DNA of 64,000 bases. Origin: the human T2T-CHM13v2.0 reference genome, Homo sapiens. Location: the NCBI RefSeq assembly GCF_009914755.1, contig NC_060944.1; one strand, written 5' to 3'. Positions within the stretch are counted from its first letter, which is position 1. Every line of letters starts with the position of its first letter. The notes below the pieces were generated by a model. It ran no database searches and was not told where the DNA came from. It saw only the letters and a list, made by a program, of their open reading frames with translations. Position numbers and translations under genes: made by a program. Shown piece by piece: positions 28,677-41,474 of the stretch.

Positions 28677-31600
28677 GAAATAGAAATCAGGCACAGTAGG
28701 CAGTTACAACGCAAACAGTTACTCATGCTCCATTCTCAGGAGAATCAGACAGGCTTAGCAGAAATAGTGCTTCCTGCACACCTTGACCATATGTTCTCTC
28801 CACATGGCCCCTAACACCATCTTCAGGTCTTCTTGGTGATTCACCATTTGGGGCTGTTAGTTCAAGAAGGACCTGTGATTAAGAACTGTTTTCTAAACTT
28901 CCCATCTCAAGACCCTAGGATGTTGCTGGCTTGTTTTCTTCTTCTGCACCAGGCCTCAACCAAGTGCTACTCAGTTCGGGGCAGGAGGAGGGTTCACAAA
29001 AGCTACTGCCAATATTTGAGAGGAACCAGGTGTGCTTCTGAAATTGTTCCCTATTCCAAACTTTTATCAATGTAACTGGCAAAACTTAGCCCAAATTCAG
29101 TCTAATCTGGGACCTTAGCAGCACTTTCATGTGTCTGCATCCAGCAGAAGGAATCATCTCCTGACTTCCTCCAGGAGAGGAAATGGGTTTAGGTTAATAA
29201 GGATATGCTTTGTGGGCTGAGGTGGGAATTATGGTTATGGGTTATGGAGAGGGGATAGGGTTATGATGGGGGGAGAATATGGTATGCAATTTCCTGGGGC
29301 AGTCACATCAATAGTCTTTGTTTTGCACACAGAACACCTATTCCATCCACCACTGCGTTTAGATTGGAGGTGAGGAGAGAGGAAGAATAAATACTCCAAC
29401 CAAGAGGATGTGTTAAGGATTTGAGGAAGTCACTGGGCCCTCCTAGGCTCAGTTTTGTTCTCCAAATTGCAAATAATAGGTTTTTCACTGCTGTGTTTTT
29501 GTGGATGTTAAAAGAGATCATGACTGTACCATACCTGAAACCCAGTAGGTCATTATTGATACCATGGTGCCAGGTGAAGAGAAGGAACTCAAAATTTTTT
29601 GAATGGATCCGTACTGCAGGCTGAGTTTCCCACCAGTGGCTTTCTCCGAGATTTCCAGGCCCCTGAGACCCAGCTTATATGGTGTACTTGAAATATCCCT
29701 GCCACTCTGAGATCAGTTGCTTCCTCTGGATCCTCTGCACCCTGCTTCTTGTCAATGCATAAATGAATTCCTCTCTCACAATATCGAGCTGTGTGACTTT
29801 AAACAAGACACCTAAGTTCTCTGAGCCTTAGCTTGATTATATGTAAATAGAGGTTATAACATGTACCTTGTAAAGGTATGGTAGGAATAATATAAACTGT
29901 ACCGAATGCTCAACTCATAATTAATTATAACTAAAAAATGGTGGCTATATTAATATGTTGTGTACAGCAAGCATTCACTGCTTCCCTGTGACACTTGTGC
30001 TTTAGAAAAATTACCCTGTTAGGAGAAATGGTTTCTCCTTCATCATCTATGACTAAGAAAGGCCTGTGTGGAACCCTCCCTGTCACATGCTGGGTTTGAA
30101 GTCCTTCATCTCTCAGAAGTAATTGTCAAATGAAATTATAAAAATTATCATATTTCCATCCAAATTTCTTTTTCTATGTGGCAGATGTACAGAGAGTGAA
30201 ATCTTCACCTCCTGCTCCATACCCACAGAAACGAATATAAAAAATGATAAAATTACCTTAATCAATGTCTACACTTTAAAACAAGAAAGTAGTCTCTATA
30301 TGCCATGAAGGAATAGTAGAAACTATTATTTTTTGCAGATGTCCTGGACACCAGACATGGTATCCGGCATTTTATGTCAGTTACCTCATTAATTCAACAC
30401 TCTGACCCTGAGGTAAGTGCTACCATTAACCTTCATGTAAAGGTGAGAAAATCTGAAGCACACAGAGAGTAGCAAGTTTGCTCAAGATCACTCAGCTTTT
30501 GGATTGAGACATAGGCTGTCACACTGCACAGCCTTCACTTTTAATGTTTGCACTATGACCACCTCTCATAAGACAGGAGGGACATCCCTCTAGAAGTAAG
30601 CAGTGAAGAAGCCACAGACTCAGTTAGGAGCAGCCCCCACAGTGAGGTTGGGGCAGGTGCCATGCTTCACGAGCCCCTGACAACCCAAGATCACATGGGG
30701 CATTATTCCTGCAAAGACGGCAGTGCAAGCAGAAATCACTAAAGATTTGGGGAACAGCAGCACCACAAGTGATAGCTAACCAATCCAAGAACAACAATAA
30801 CTTAAAAACAATAAAACAGTAATAAAAAGAACTTCACACCTGAGAACACGTTAAAAAATAAAATATGAGAAGGTGTTCAAGATTAGAATATTTAATAACC
30901 TATAAACATAACAAAAAAAGCAAATCCATAAAACAAAACCAACCATGTATAAAACAAGAATAGGTAGACATGGAGTACAACAGGTATCTCGGCAATGTAA
31001 CAAAGCAGAGGATTTTAAATATATATATAGGTTTTTAAAAATAACTAGGTTGACATATTAGTTTTTTCTTGCATTGCTATACAGAAATACCTGAGACTGG
31101 GTGATCTATAAAGAACAGGGGTTTAATCGGCTCGCTGTTCCACAGGCTCTGCAGAAAGCATGATGCTTGTACCTTCTCGGCTTCAGAGGAAGTCTCAGGA
31201 AACTTACAAACATGGCAGAAGGCGAAGGGGAAGTAGGCTCATCTTACATGGTCACAGCAGGAGGGACAGGGAGAGTAGGGAGGTATCACACACTTTTAAA
31301 CAACCAGATCTCATGAGAACTTGCTTACTATCATGAGAACAGCACCAAGAGGGAAATCCACACCCAAGATCCAATCACCTCCCACCAGGCCCACCTCCAA
31401 CATTGGAGATTACAATTCTACATGAGATTTGGTGGGGATACAGATCCAAACCATATCAGCTGAGTAAGCTGACTATACATAAATGAGTAGTAAGTAGTGA
31501 GCTGGGTCATCACGTAGGGGCCATCTCCTAGGACCCAGCACAAAGAGACACATCCAAACAAAGTAATGTAAACATGTATAAATATAGCAATAACAAAGAA

Positions 31601-32680
31601 ATACCATAACATACTTTGCAAAATTTTGTGCTAGAAATATTAATATCTTAAGAAGTATAATTTAAGGCAAAAAGCACAAATGGTTGAAAGAGGAATATTT
31701 CCTTTTATGAAAGTAACAACTACCCGGAAGATATGAGTCACAAAATATTATACCTCCAAAACTATAATTTGGAATATATGACTCAAATATTGATAGAATA
31801 GTTTCAATAATTTGGCAGAATCTGTACTTGGAGCAGCAAAGTGACTTCCTGTGAACTCCAGTCCTTCAATAAAGATCTATTAGATGCATAGATGCTATGT
31901 GAGTGAAAAAATTTTGTGGAAATCACGTGGAGAATTGAGTTTCAAATTTAAGTTGACTTCGTGCAGTACAGTTACAGCCTGAATGTTTGAGAGAAGCAGG
32001 AGCCTGGGAAACCATAAGCTAAAATTCTCCTTCTGCGAAATTTAGCCCTGCACTCATGACACAAGGTGCAGATAATGAGATATGGCTGTGGGAAAAGGGA
32101 GGAGTCAGTGGATGTTTGAGAAGAGCACAGTTTAAACTTGTGGGCTTAGGAATCAGAACTTCTAGGTTTGAATTTAGTTCTACCAGTCCTGGCTGTGTGA
32201 CCTAGGGGTATTTGTTTAACATCTCTGTTTCTTCAGTTCCCTAAAATGGAAATAATAGTCATATCAACTTCATAGGTTTGTTAAGGCCGTAAAATGGATT
32301 AATATATGCAAATTACTTAATAACAGCTGACCGTGTTCCAAAAGTTAGATATGATTTTTATTAGGTGGTATTTTGGTAATAGTAATAGTTTTAAAAAACA
32401 GACTCTCTGCCCTCAAGGATTTACGATGCAGTGCAACAACCCTGGCCAATGGCTGGGGGATGTGCAGGTACCACCACATGATGAGTGTGGGTCATGTGTC
32501 CAGCCTTATAATCACAAAGTCATTACTAGCACCAGGGTCGTGGTGTGGGCTTGGCCTCAGGGGGAATCACTATGACTAGGGCAAGGCACATCCCAGTAAG
32601 TGTCTACACAGATGTTTATGGAAAAGGAGCTCCAAGTCTTGTCTCATGCAGGGATGGGAGAGAAGAAAGTGCTCCCAGAG
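28677..32680 (-). repeat. Segmental-duplication copy 2 of the SIRP 5' flank
   Basis: Colinear with 1-3560. Confidence 0.9.
31054..31458 (-). mobile_element. MSTA-like MaLR solo LTR
   Basis: 'attagttttttcttgcattgctatacagaaatacctgagactggg...cagatccaaaccatatca'; absent from the paralogous flanks. Confidence 0.85.
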
Positions 32681-32751
32681 AATGTGACACAGGCAAAAAT
32701 CTTCACATGAAAGGAACTTTTGCAGAGATTTCACCACTTTGAAAGTACAAA

Positions 32752-35065
32752 GGGGAAGAGCTGGCAAGATGGTCGAATAGGAGCAGTGCCAGTCTGCAGC
32801 TCCCAGTGAGACCAACAGAGAAGGTGGGTGATTTCTGCATTTCCAACTGAGGTACCCAGCTCATCTCACTGGGACGGGTTAGACAGTGGGTGTGGCCCAC
32901 GGAGGGTAAGCAGAAGCAGGGTGGGGCGTCACCTCACCTGGGAAGTACAAGGTTTTGGGGAACTCCCTACCCTAGCCAAGGGAAGCCGTGATGGACTATG
33001 CTGTGAGGGACAGTGCTATCTGGTCCAGATACTATGCTTTTCCCATGGTTTTTGCAACCTGAAGACCAGGAGATTCCCTTGGGTGCCTAGACCACCAGGG
33101 CCCTGGGTTTCAAGCACAAAACTGGGCGGCCACTTGGGCAGACACAGAGCTAGCTCCAGGAATTTTTTTTTTGTACCCCAGTGGCACCTGAAATGACAGT
33201 GAGACTGGAAAGGGGGCTGAAGTCAGGGAGCCAAGCGGTTTAGCTCAGTGGATCCCACCCCCATGGAGCCCAGCAAGCAAAGATCCACTGGCTTGAAATT
33301 CGTGCTGCCAGCACAGCAGACTAAGGTTGACCTAGGATGCTCAAGCTTGGTTGGCGGAGGGGCATCTGCCATTACTGAGGCTTGAGTAGGTGGCCACCAG
33401 GAAGTTCGAACTGGGCAGAACCCACCACAGTGCAGCAAAGCCACTGTACCCAGACTGCCTCTCTAGATTCCTCCTCTCTTGGCAGGGCATCTCTGAAAGA
33501 AAGGCAGCAGCCTCAGTCAGGGGCTTATAGATAAAACTCACATCTCCCTGGGAAAGAGCACCTGAAGGAAGTTGTGGCTGTGGTTGCAGCTTCAGGAGAC
33601 TCAAAGTTTTCTGCCTGCCAGCTCTGAAGAGACCAGCGGATCTCCCAGCACAGCACTGCTCTGATAAGGGGCTGACTGCCTCCTGAAGTGGGTCCCTGAC
33701 CCCCATGCCTCCTGACTGGGAGATACCTCAGAAATAACACCACACATGTACACCATCTGATCTTTGACAAACCTAACAAAAACAAGCAATGGGGAAAGGA
33801 TTCCCTATTTAATAAATGGTGTTGTGAAAACTGGTTAGCTATATACAAAAAACTGAACCTGGACCCCTTCCTTATACCTTATACAAAAATTAACTCAGGA
33901 TGGATTAAAGACTTAAATGTAAGATCTAAAACCATAAAAACCCTAGAAGAAAACCTAGGCAATACCATTCAGGACATAGTCATGGGCAAAGACGTCATAA
34001 CTAAAACACCAAAGCAATTGCAACAAAAGCCAAAATTGACAAATGGAATCTAATTAAACTAAAGAACTTCTGCACAGCAAAAGAAACTATCATCAGAGTG
34101 AACAGGTAACCTACAGAATTGGAGAAAATTTTTGCAATCTATCCATGTGACAAAGGGCTGATATCCAGAATCTATAAGGAACTTAAACAAATTTACAAGA
34201 AACAAACAAACAACCCCACCAAAAGTGGGAAAGGATATGAACAGACGCTTCTCAAAAGAAGACATTTATGCAGCCAACAAACATATGAAAAAAAGCTCAT
34301 CATCACTGGTCATTAGAGAAATGCAAATGAAAACCACAATGAGATACCATCTCACGCTAGTTAGAATGGCGATCATTAAAAAGTCAGGAAACAACAGATG
34401 CTGGAGAGCATGTGGAGAAATAGAAATGCTTTTACACTGTTGGTGGGAATGTAAATTAGTTCAACCATTGCGGAAGATAGTGTGGTGATTCCTCAGGGAT
34501 CTAGAACTAGAAATACCATTTGACCCAGCAATCCCATTACTGGGTATATACCCAAAGGATTATAAATCATGCTACTATAAAGACACATACACGTATGTTT
34601 ATTGCAGCACTATTCACAATAACAAAGACTTGGAACCAACCCAAATGCCCATCAATGATAGACTGGATAAAGAAAATGTGGCACATATACACAATCAAAT
34701 ACTATGCAGCCATAAGAAAGAATGAGTTCATGTCCTTTGCACGGACATGAGTGATGCTGGAAACCATCATTCTCAGCAAACTAACACAGGAACAGAGAAC
34801 CAAACACCGCATGTTCTCATTTATAAGTGGGAGTTGAACAATGAGAACACATGTATGCAGGGAGGGGATCATTACACACCGGGGCCTGTTGGGGGGTGGG
34901 GGGCAAGGGGAGGAATAGCATTAGGAGAAATACATAATGTAGATGATGGGTTGATGGGTGCAGCAAACCACCATGGCACATGTATGCCTATGTAACAAAC
35001 CTGCACATTCTGCACATGTATCCTAGAACTTAAAGTATAATTTAAAAAACAAACAAACAAACAAA
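32752..35065 (+). mobile_element. L1PA7/8-like element with both termini but a large internal deletion
   Basis: 5'UTR 'ggcaagatggtcgaataggagcag...' runs to ~33729, then jumps to late ORF2 'cctcagaaataacaccacac...'; 3'UTR and A-rich tail present. Confidence 0.88.
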
Positions 35066-36199
35066 TTGCAAAGGATAAGATGTTGGAAACAAATTCAAAA
35101 TTAGGAAGATGATGAAACACCAAGGTAGAAACAATGCTTGCTCCATATCAGAAATGCACAAGAAGGTGGCAAGCACTGATCCAACTACTCTTGATACATT
35201 TTTACAAATCAATAAAACACTTGAACTCTCAATGTTTCTAATGCTTTGAATTACAGTGCACTAATAAATATTTATTTCATTACATTTTTATTGCCTCCTA
35301 CATTTGTAACTTTGTTTCTAATATTTTGACAAAAAATTGTAAAAGTCACAGAATGATCATTGTTTTTCCAATTGGATATGGAGATTGCTTTCCCAGGTTT
35401 CAGGTTGCACGGTCATTTTTACAATCCTGCATTGCCATGAAAAGTGAGAACTGCCTGTATTCAGAATAATACAGATGGTAATATGTGCTAAGGAAAAATT
35501 CATCATGTTAAGATAAATTAGAGTATCAGGGTAGGGAGGGAAATTGATATTTTATACAGGGTGGTTTACATTAGTAGACATTAGGCAGAAAGAGTTGAAG
35601 GAGGGATGAAGGGAACCATGTAGCTGTGTTGGAGAAGAAGCAGAGGAGTATACAACTAGACTTTTCCAAAGAATCACTGTGGCTGAAAACTGAAAGCCAG
35701 TAGAGGCAATTGGAATGCTACCAGAAGAGATGATGCTGGCTGCGACAGGGAAGGGTGGTGGAGGTGAGAAATGCATGAATTAGGCATGTAACTCAGTGCT
35801 GTGCTGGAGCAGCTGAGAGCCAATTGTTAAATTTCAGGAATTTTGCAATCTGGTTGTTTAACTGTTGATGGCTTGAAACTGTCTATGTTGGGAATTTTCA
35901 TACTACAGAGATTGGCAAGCACTACAAATCAGCTTTTTGTTTTTCCCTTTCAGAAAGTCCATTGTTAAACATTTACTGTCTCATATAAGTGGACATAAGC
36001 ATTTCAAAGGCAGAATTGAATGCAGAGTATAAAAAAAAGAGAGTGAGAAATCAAGGAGGACTCCAGGATGTTGGACTGTGGCAGCATTTCTGCCACGAGC
36101 AGCAGGGCTGGGAAGGCTGCAGGATGCTAGCAGAACTAGTGTCCCATCACAGAGAAAGCAGGGAGAGCTTCTTTCTTTCTTGGTGTGAGACAAAGAGGA

Positions 36200-36682
36200 A
36201 GGAGAATCATTTTTTTCTTAAAATTGGGATGGGGGTTCATTTGTATTCAGGAGGCAATAGTGAACCTCAACAAGGCTGGGAAGTTGGAGTAGGCAGGAAT
36301 CCAGATGGCAGAATAACTCTTGAGGGGCTAGAGAGAGTCTGTGGTTTATGGCCAGTCCCAAGGCGATGGATGCAAGGAGTCCTAATGTGTTTAGATTTGG
36401 CGTGTTTCCCACATCCTAGGGAGGTGTCGTGAGTCACTCCCCAGAGCCCCATCCCATGGCCTCTGCTCAGGACCATGAATGAAGACCCTGCTATGGAGCA
36501 TCAAGGACTCTGCAAAGGAGCAACAGGAGCCTGTGGGCAGGAAGATGTCCTGGGAGGACAGGCATTTGGAGCTGAGTCTGGGGAAGCTTCTCGCCAGCTC
36601 CTTCTCTCCAGCTGAGCCCTTCAAGGAAGGAAGGAGGCAGCACAGACTGAGGGTCCCACATGGCAGGGGAGGAGGATAGGAG
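36200..36682 (-). other. Unit B terminal 3'UTR exon
   Basis: Acceptor tgtttcccacag|ctcc at 36682; homologous to unit A 6450-6795. The 3' end is approximate. Confidence 0.7.
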
Positions 36683-37301
36683 CTGTGGGAAACACATCCA
36701 CATTTAGTCATCTGCTCATCCTTCAAGAAATGATTCCTGAGACTCTGCTATGTCCTCAGTGCTGGTCTTCCTCTTGGGATGCCTATTGTGGGTGGACAGG
36801 GAGCCCTGAGATAGAATTTCACCTGCTCAGCCCTCCTCCCAAGTCCTGATGCCCTTTCCCTCATCCCTCCCACTCAGGCGCTGAGAGCCTGAGAGCACTA
36901 AGAGCAGCCCACTTGAGGCGTCTCAACAGTACTCTACAGTGGGGATTCCTTAGATGCCACGGAGTACAGCATCAAATAATTGAGAGATGGCCTGCAAGGG
37001 ACCACCTACAGAGTTGGCCCTCATTCAGCCCCCTCTCCCCACCTCCCCTATGGGCCCCTAGGGTGCTGTGGACACCTTTGAACACCCTTATGGTAGCCCA
37101 CCTCCTGCAGCACCCACACACTTCCTGGGGTTGGGATTCTCCTAGAGGGTTCCCTGAGACTTCTGAGGGTGCTGAGGAAGCCCCATCACCTTCTCCAAAC
37201 TCCACTGACCCTGAGGCTGTGTGGCATGCGGGCTGGGTGCTCCTGCTGGCCTGACCTTCTGGAGCAGCCCTTGGCCCACCCTCCCTCCTCTACACTTACA
37301 G

Positions 37302-37414
37302 TCAGGCCTTCTGCTTCCGGTGGACATAGGCAGCAGAGACATCAACCAGCAGCAGCACCTTGGAGCCCAGGAGGAGACCTAGGAGGAGTGAGGCAGTAGG
37401 AGCTGGCACCCGGA
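37302..37414 (-). CDS. Unit B transmembrane/cytoplasmic exon (putative coding)
   Basis: gatttccag|TC CGG GTG... = (V)RVPAPTASLLLGLLLGSKVLLLVDVSAAYVHRKQKA* then CT|GTAAG. TM Lys and the KQKA* end match SIRPB1. Confidence 0.72.
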
Positions 37415-39567
37415 CTGGAAATCAGGAGACAGGAGGATCCATTAGAGGGGCCACCTGGGAGGCCATCCCAGGGGCCTCCACTTACCCCATCTGAGGCTAC
37501 CTGGGCTGTTCAGTTCTCCAAAGCAAGAGTTCAGAATGAGAAGTTTGGAGGGATTCTCTACAGTTTAACAAGTGCGCTGGGTGTTGCAGAGACAGGGGCT
37601 ATCAATCAGGCTTGTGGGATTCAAACCTTGGATCCCTGACCTGTTCACCACTCAGGTTCCCTCTCTGAGCCTCAATGTCTTCATCTGTAAAAGGGACAGC
37701 AAATGGCTCCGACTTCGTAGCACTGGTTAAAAGGAGAAAATGCCAGGATGACGGTACAGTCTCTGACACAACCGCTGCTCCTTGGCCCCCTCCCACCTCC
37801 CTCTTCTTTCATCCAAGTGGTCACTTAGGCCAATAGCATGGCAAAGAGGAGTGAGAACCCTACTAGGAGTTAGCAGATCTCAGTTAAACCTGAGTCACTT
37901 GCTAGCTGTCATTGTTCCAGGTATGAGATGCACCACCTGGGAATTTTAGTGTCTTTGTCTGTAATATTTGCAAATTAGGATAAAGCCACATTCCTACCTA
38001 TGTTCAAGGGTTCTGGGGAGCCTTGATTGCTGTTTCATCTAGGAGGGAAATTAGGCAACATCCATTTAAATTAAAACACATACACTCTCTGACCTAACAA
38101 TGCAACTTCTGGCAGGCATCTGCCACCAGAGTAGGATAACATATGTGCAGGTTCACCCACAGCAGAATTGTTTCAAAAGCTCAAGGTTGGGAACCACTTA
38201 CATATCCATCAACAGAAGTCTGCAAAATAACATTTGATATTTCCATAAATTGACATATTCTGCAGCTGGTAAACAATGGAGCAGGTCTCTATGTCCTTAT
38301 ATGGAATCTCAATAAGAAATTATATGGCTTGCATTTGGGAGAGGTTTTCCAATCACCAACAGAGCACAGAGAATGAAGGAGAGAGGCGTTCTAAACCTTT
38401 GAGTAACTATGAAAAGGAGAAATACTGGCTTCCTACTCGGTTCTTTTCAAGGAGCTTTCATTCAGCACCTACTACGAACCAGACTCTTCTATGGAGAGAG
38501 TATCTAATGCCAGGATGGAACGAAGCCTGCCTGGAGTAGGATCTGGGCTCTTGCCCCAACCCTAACTGGCCCTGTGACCTTGGGCAAGGCCCCTGTCATT
38601 TCTTGGCTTCAGTCTCCCATCTGTAAAAGGGCATTGGGCTAAATGGTCTGAAGGTCCTTTTTGCACTGATATTCCAGGATTCAGGAGTTAAATTGAGGAA
38701 CCTGGGCCTCTGAAAGAAAACCCAAAATAAGCATTCTGCTGCCTTAACTGGGGGACCCCTAAGTCACCCATATAGAGGACCTCTTCTCTTAGGCGAGGGA
38801 CATTCTGAGATGGCCTAGCTCTGCTTGAAACCTTTAGTGACTGTGTGAGGCAGTCCCTGAATCACACAAGGGTTTCCTGAACAACCCACAAACATCCTGG
38901 ATAGACCCATAAAGCTCTTGCCGTCTCCTTTCACCACGGCCATCAGATTAAACAGTGAATCTGTGTCCTTCAGGAATCTTCCCAGTGTGATGGTTCTGAA
39001 GATTATATAAAGAAAAACCCAATTTACTCCCTCAGTGCTCTGGATGGATTTATCCTCATTAGAAGGGAACAGAATGTAAGCTTGGTGAAAGCAGAGCTTG
39101 TGCCTTTTTTTTTTTTTAACAACTATTTGCCCAGCAACCACGGTGGAGACTCACACACAGTAGGTTCTCGATGAATGCTTGTTACGTAAAGAAGAGACTC
39201 AGCCACCCTGGGGGGAAAGTGCTCTGTGGACGCAGCAGGCAAGGTCTAGCCTTGTGCCTGGGAAAATCACTCAAACCATCAGCTCCCTTATCTGTGGAAA
39301 CATGGCTGGGCCAGATTAGAAGAGGCAAAGGCTATGGTGCCAGGCAGACTAAGGTTTCAGACTTCCCCATCATTTACCAGTCACGGAGACTTGAGTGAAT
39401 AGCATGACATCTCCAGGCCTCAATATACCTGATTTGTAGAAGAGGGTGGCATCAGATCATGAAAGTGAGCACCCACTGCCACCCTTGATTGTTGCTGACA
39501 GAGGACAGTGCTATTATTGACTTCTTGTCATACCTTGGGGGATGAAGGAGGCCTACACTGTACTCAC

Positions 39568-39921
39568 CACGCACAGACATCTGAGTCCCTGGTCCAGACT
39601 TAATCTCCACGTTGGCAGGAATTGCTCTCCGGAGCTTCATACAGTAGTAGGTGCCAGCATCTTCGAGGGTGATGCTACTGATGCGGATGGAATAGTCTGT
39701 GCTGTTTCTCTTTCTCTGGTCTGAAATAGTTGTTACCCGGGGAGAGTGGCATCTTTTTGGACTATAGATTAATTTCTGGCCTGGACAAGCTCCTCTGAAC
39801 CACTGGATGGGTCCCACAGGGAGCAGGGAGGTCACAGTGCAGTTCAGAGTGGCCATCTCTCCAGCTGCAACTGACACAAATGCCTCAGGCTGAATCACCT
39901 GCAGCTCCTCACCTGCCACTC
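39568..39921 (-). CDS. Unit B IgV exon (putative coding)
   Basis: tttctag|GA GTG GCA GGT GAG GAG CTG... [12 protein letters not shown]...[19 protein letters not shown]...DAGTYYCMK...[12 protein letters not shown]|GTGAG; 354 nt, no stop, both canonical Cys and the Trp kept. Confidence 0.78.
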
Positions 39922-40115
39922 CTAGAAAGTAACAGAGCAGTCATTTACTCATCCTTACGTGATCTTGAATGTTTCCTCAAGTGTGTATCAATGAACTTCA
40001 ATGACTGGGTGCATACCAGGAGCAGGCCTTGAGCTCAGCACACTGTGTGTATTATCTCATTTAACCCTCACAACAAGTCTGTAACATGAGACTGTATTAT
40101 AAGTGAGGACACTGA

Positions 40116-40607
<492 letters not shown>

Positions 40608-41184
40608 TGAGTTGTGAGCAGAAATGATGGGTATAATTTGTGGGCTGTGCATTTAACTGCAAGAGCCTCTGTGGATTAACTTCTCCCTTCCACAGAGACC
40701 TACGAGGCTCTGATTAGGTCTGCTCCATCAGCCTGGATGCCTGAATGACCATGAATTCTCCACACACACTGAACATGCAGCTTAATTAACAAGTACAACA
40801 TTGTTTTAAGCCCCTGAGAATTTCTCACCCATAGCATAATTACATTACCTTAGTTTCCTAATGTTGATGTGACAAATTATCAGAACTTAGCATCTTAAAA
40901 CAAAAGAAACGTATCATCTTATAGTTCTGGAGGTCAGAAGTCCAAAATCATGTTACTGGACAGAATCAAGGAGAAAAATCTTCAAATATACAAAGATAGA
41001 GGATGACATGTTGGTGGCCAGGAGTGAAGTTGGAGAGGTAATGGGGAGATGCAGGCCAAAAGATACAAAACTGCAGAAAGGTAGGATGAAGAAGTCCAGA
41101 GATCTAATGTGCAATATGAGGACTAGAGTTAATAGCATTGCATTGAATTCAGTATTTTTGCTCAAAGAGTCTATCTTAGATGCC

Positions 41185-41186
<2 letters not shown>

Positions 41187-41224
<38 letters not shown>
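41187..41224. repeat. (AC)19 microsatellite
   Basis: Direct read. Confidence 0.95.
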
Positions 41225-41226
<2 letters not shown>

Positions 41227-41474
41227 TAACTATGTGAGAGGGTGGATATGTTCATTTGCTTGACTGTAATAACCATTACACTATGTCTATGTATATGAAA
41301 GCACCATGTTTTACCCCTTAAATAAGAGGTGTCAGCAAAGCTGTGTGTATTCTAGAGGCTCTGTTCCTTGCTGCCACATTCCTTTCCTCACAGTTACATC
41401 TTCCCATCACTCCCACATCTTGCTTCCATTGTCATATGTCCTACAAAGACCCTTGTCATATATTGGGCCCTTTC

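Noticed and set aside
39720-39795. Second intradomain disulfide like CD300/TREM receptors
   Set aside because: The two extra Cys are 12 residues apart at opposite ends of the C' strand, not in the CD300/TREM C-C' pattern; pairing cannot be supported without modelling.
39452-39919. 155-aa ORF as a stand-alone secreted protein
   Set aside because: It starts at GTG just after a splice acceptor and runs past the donor at 39568; it is an internal exon.
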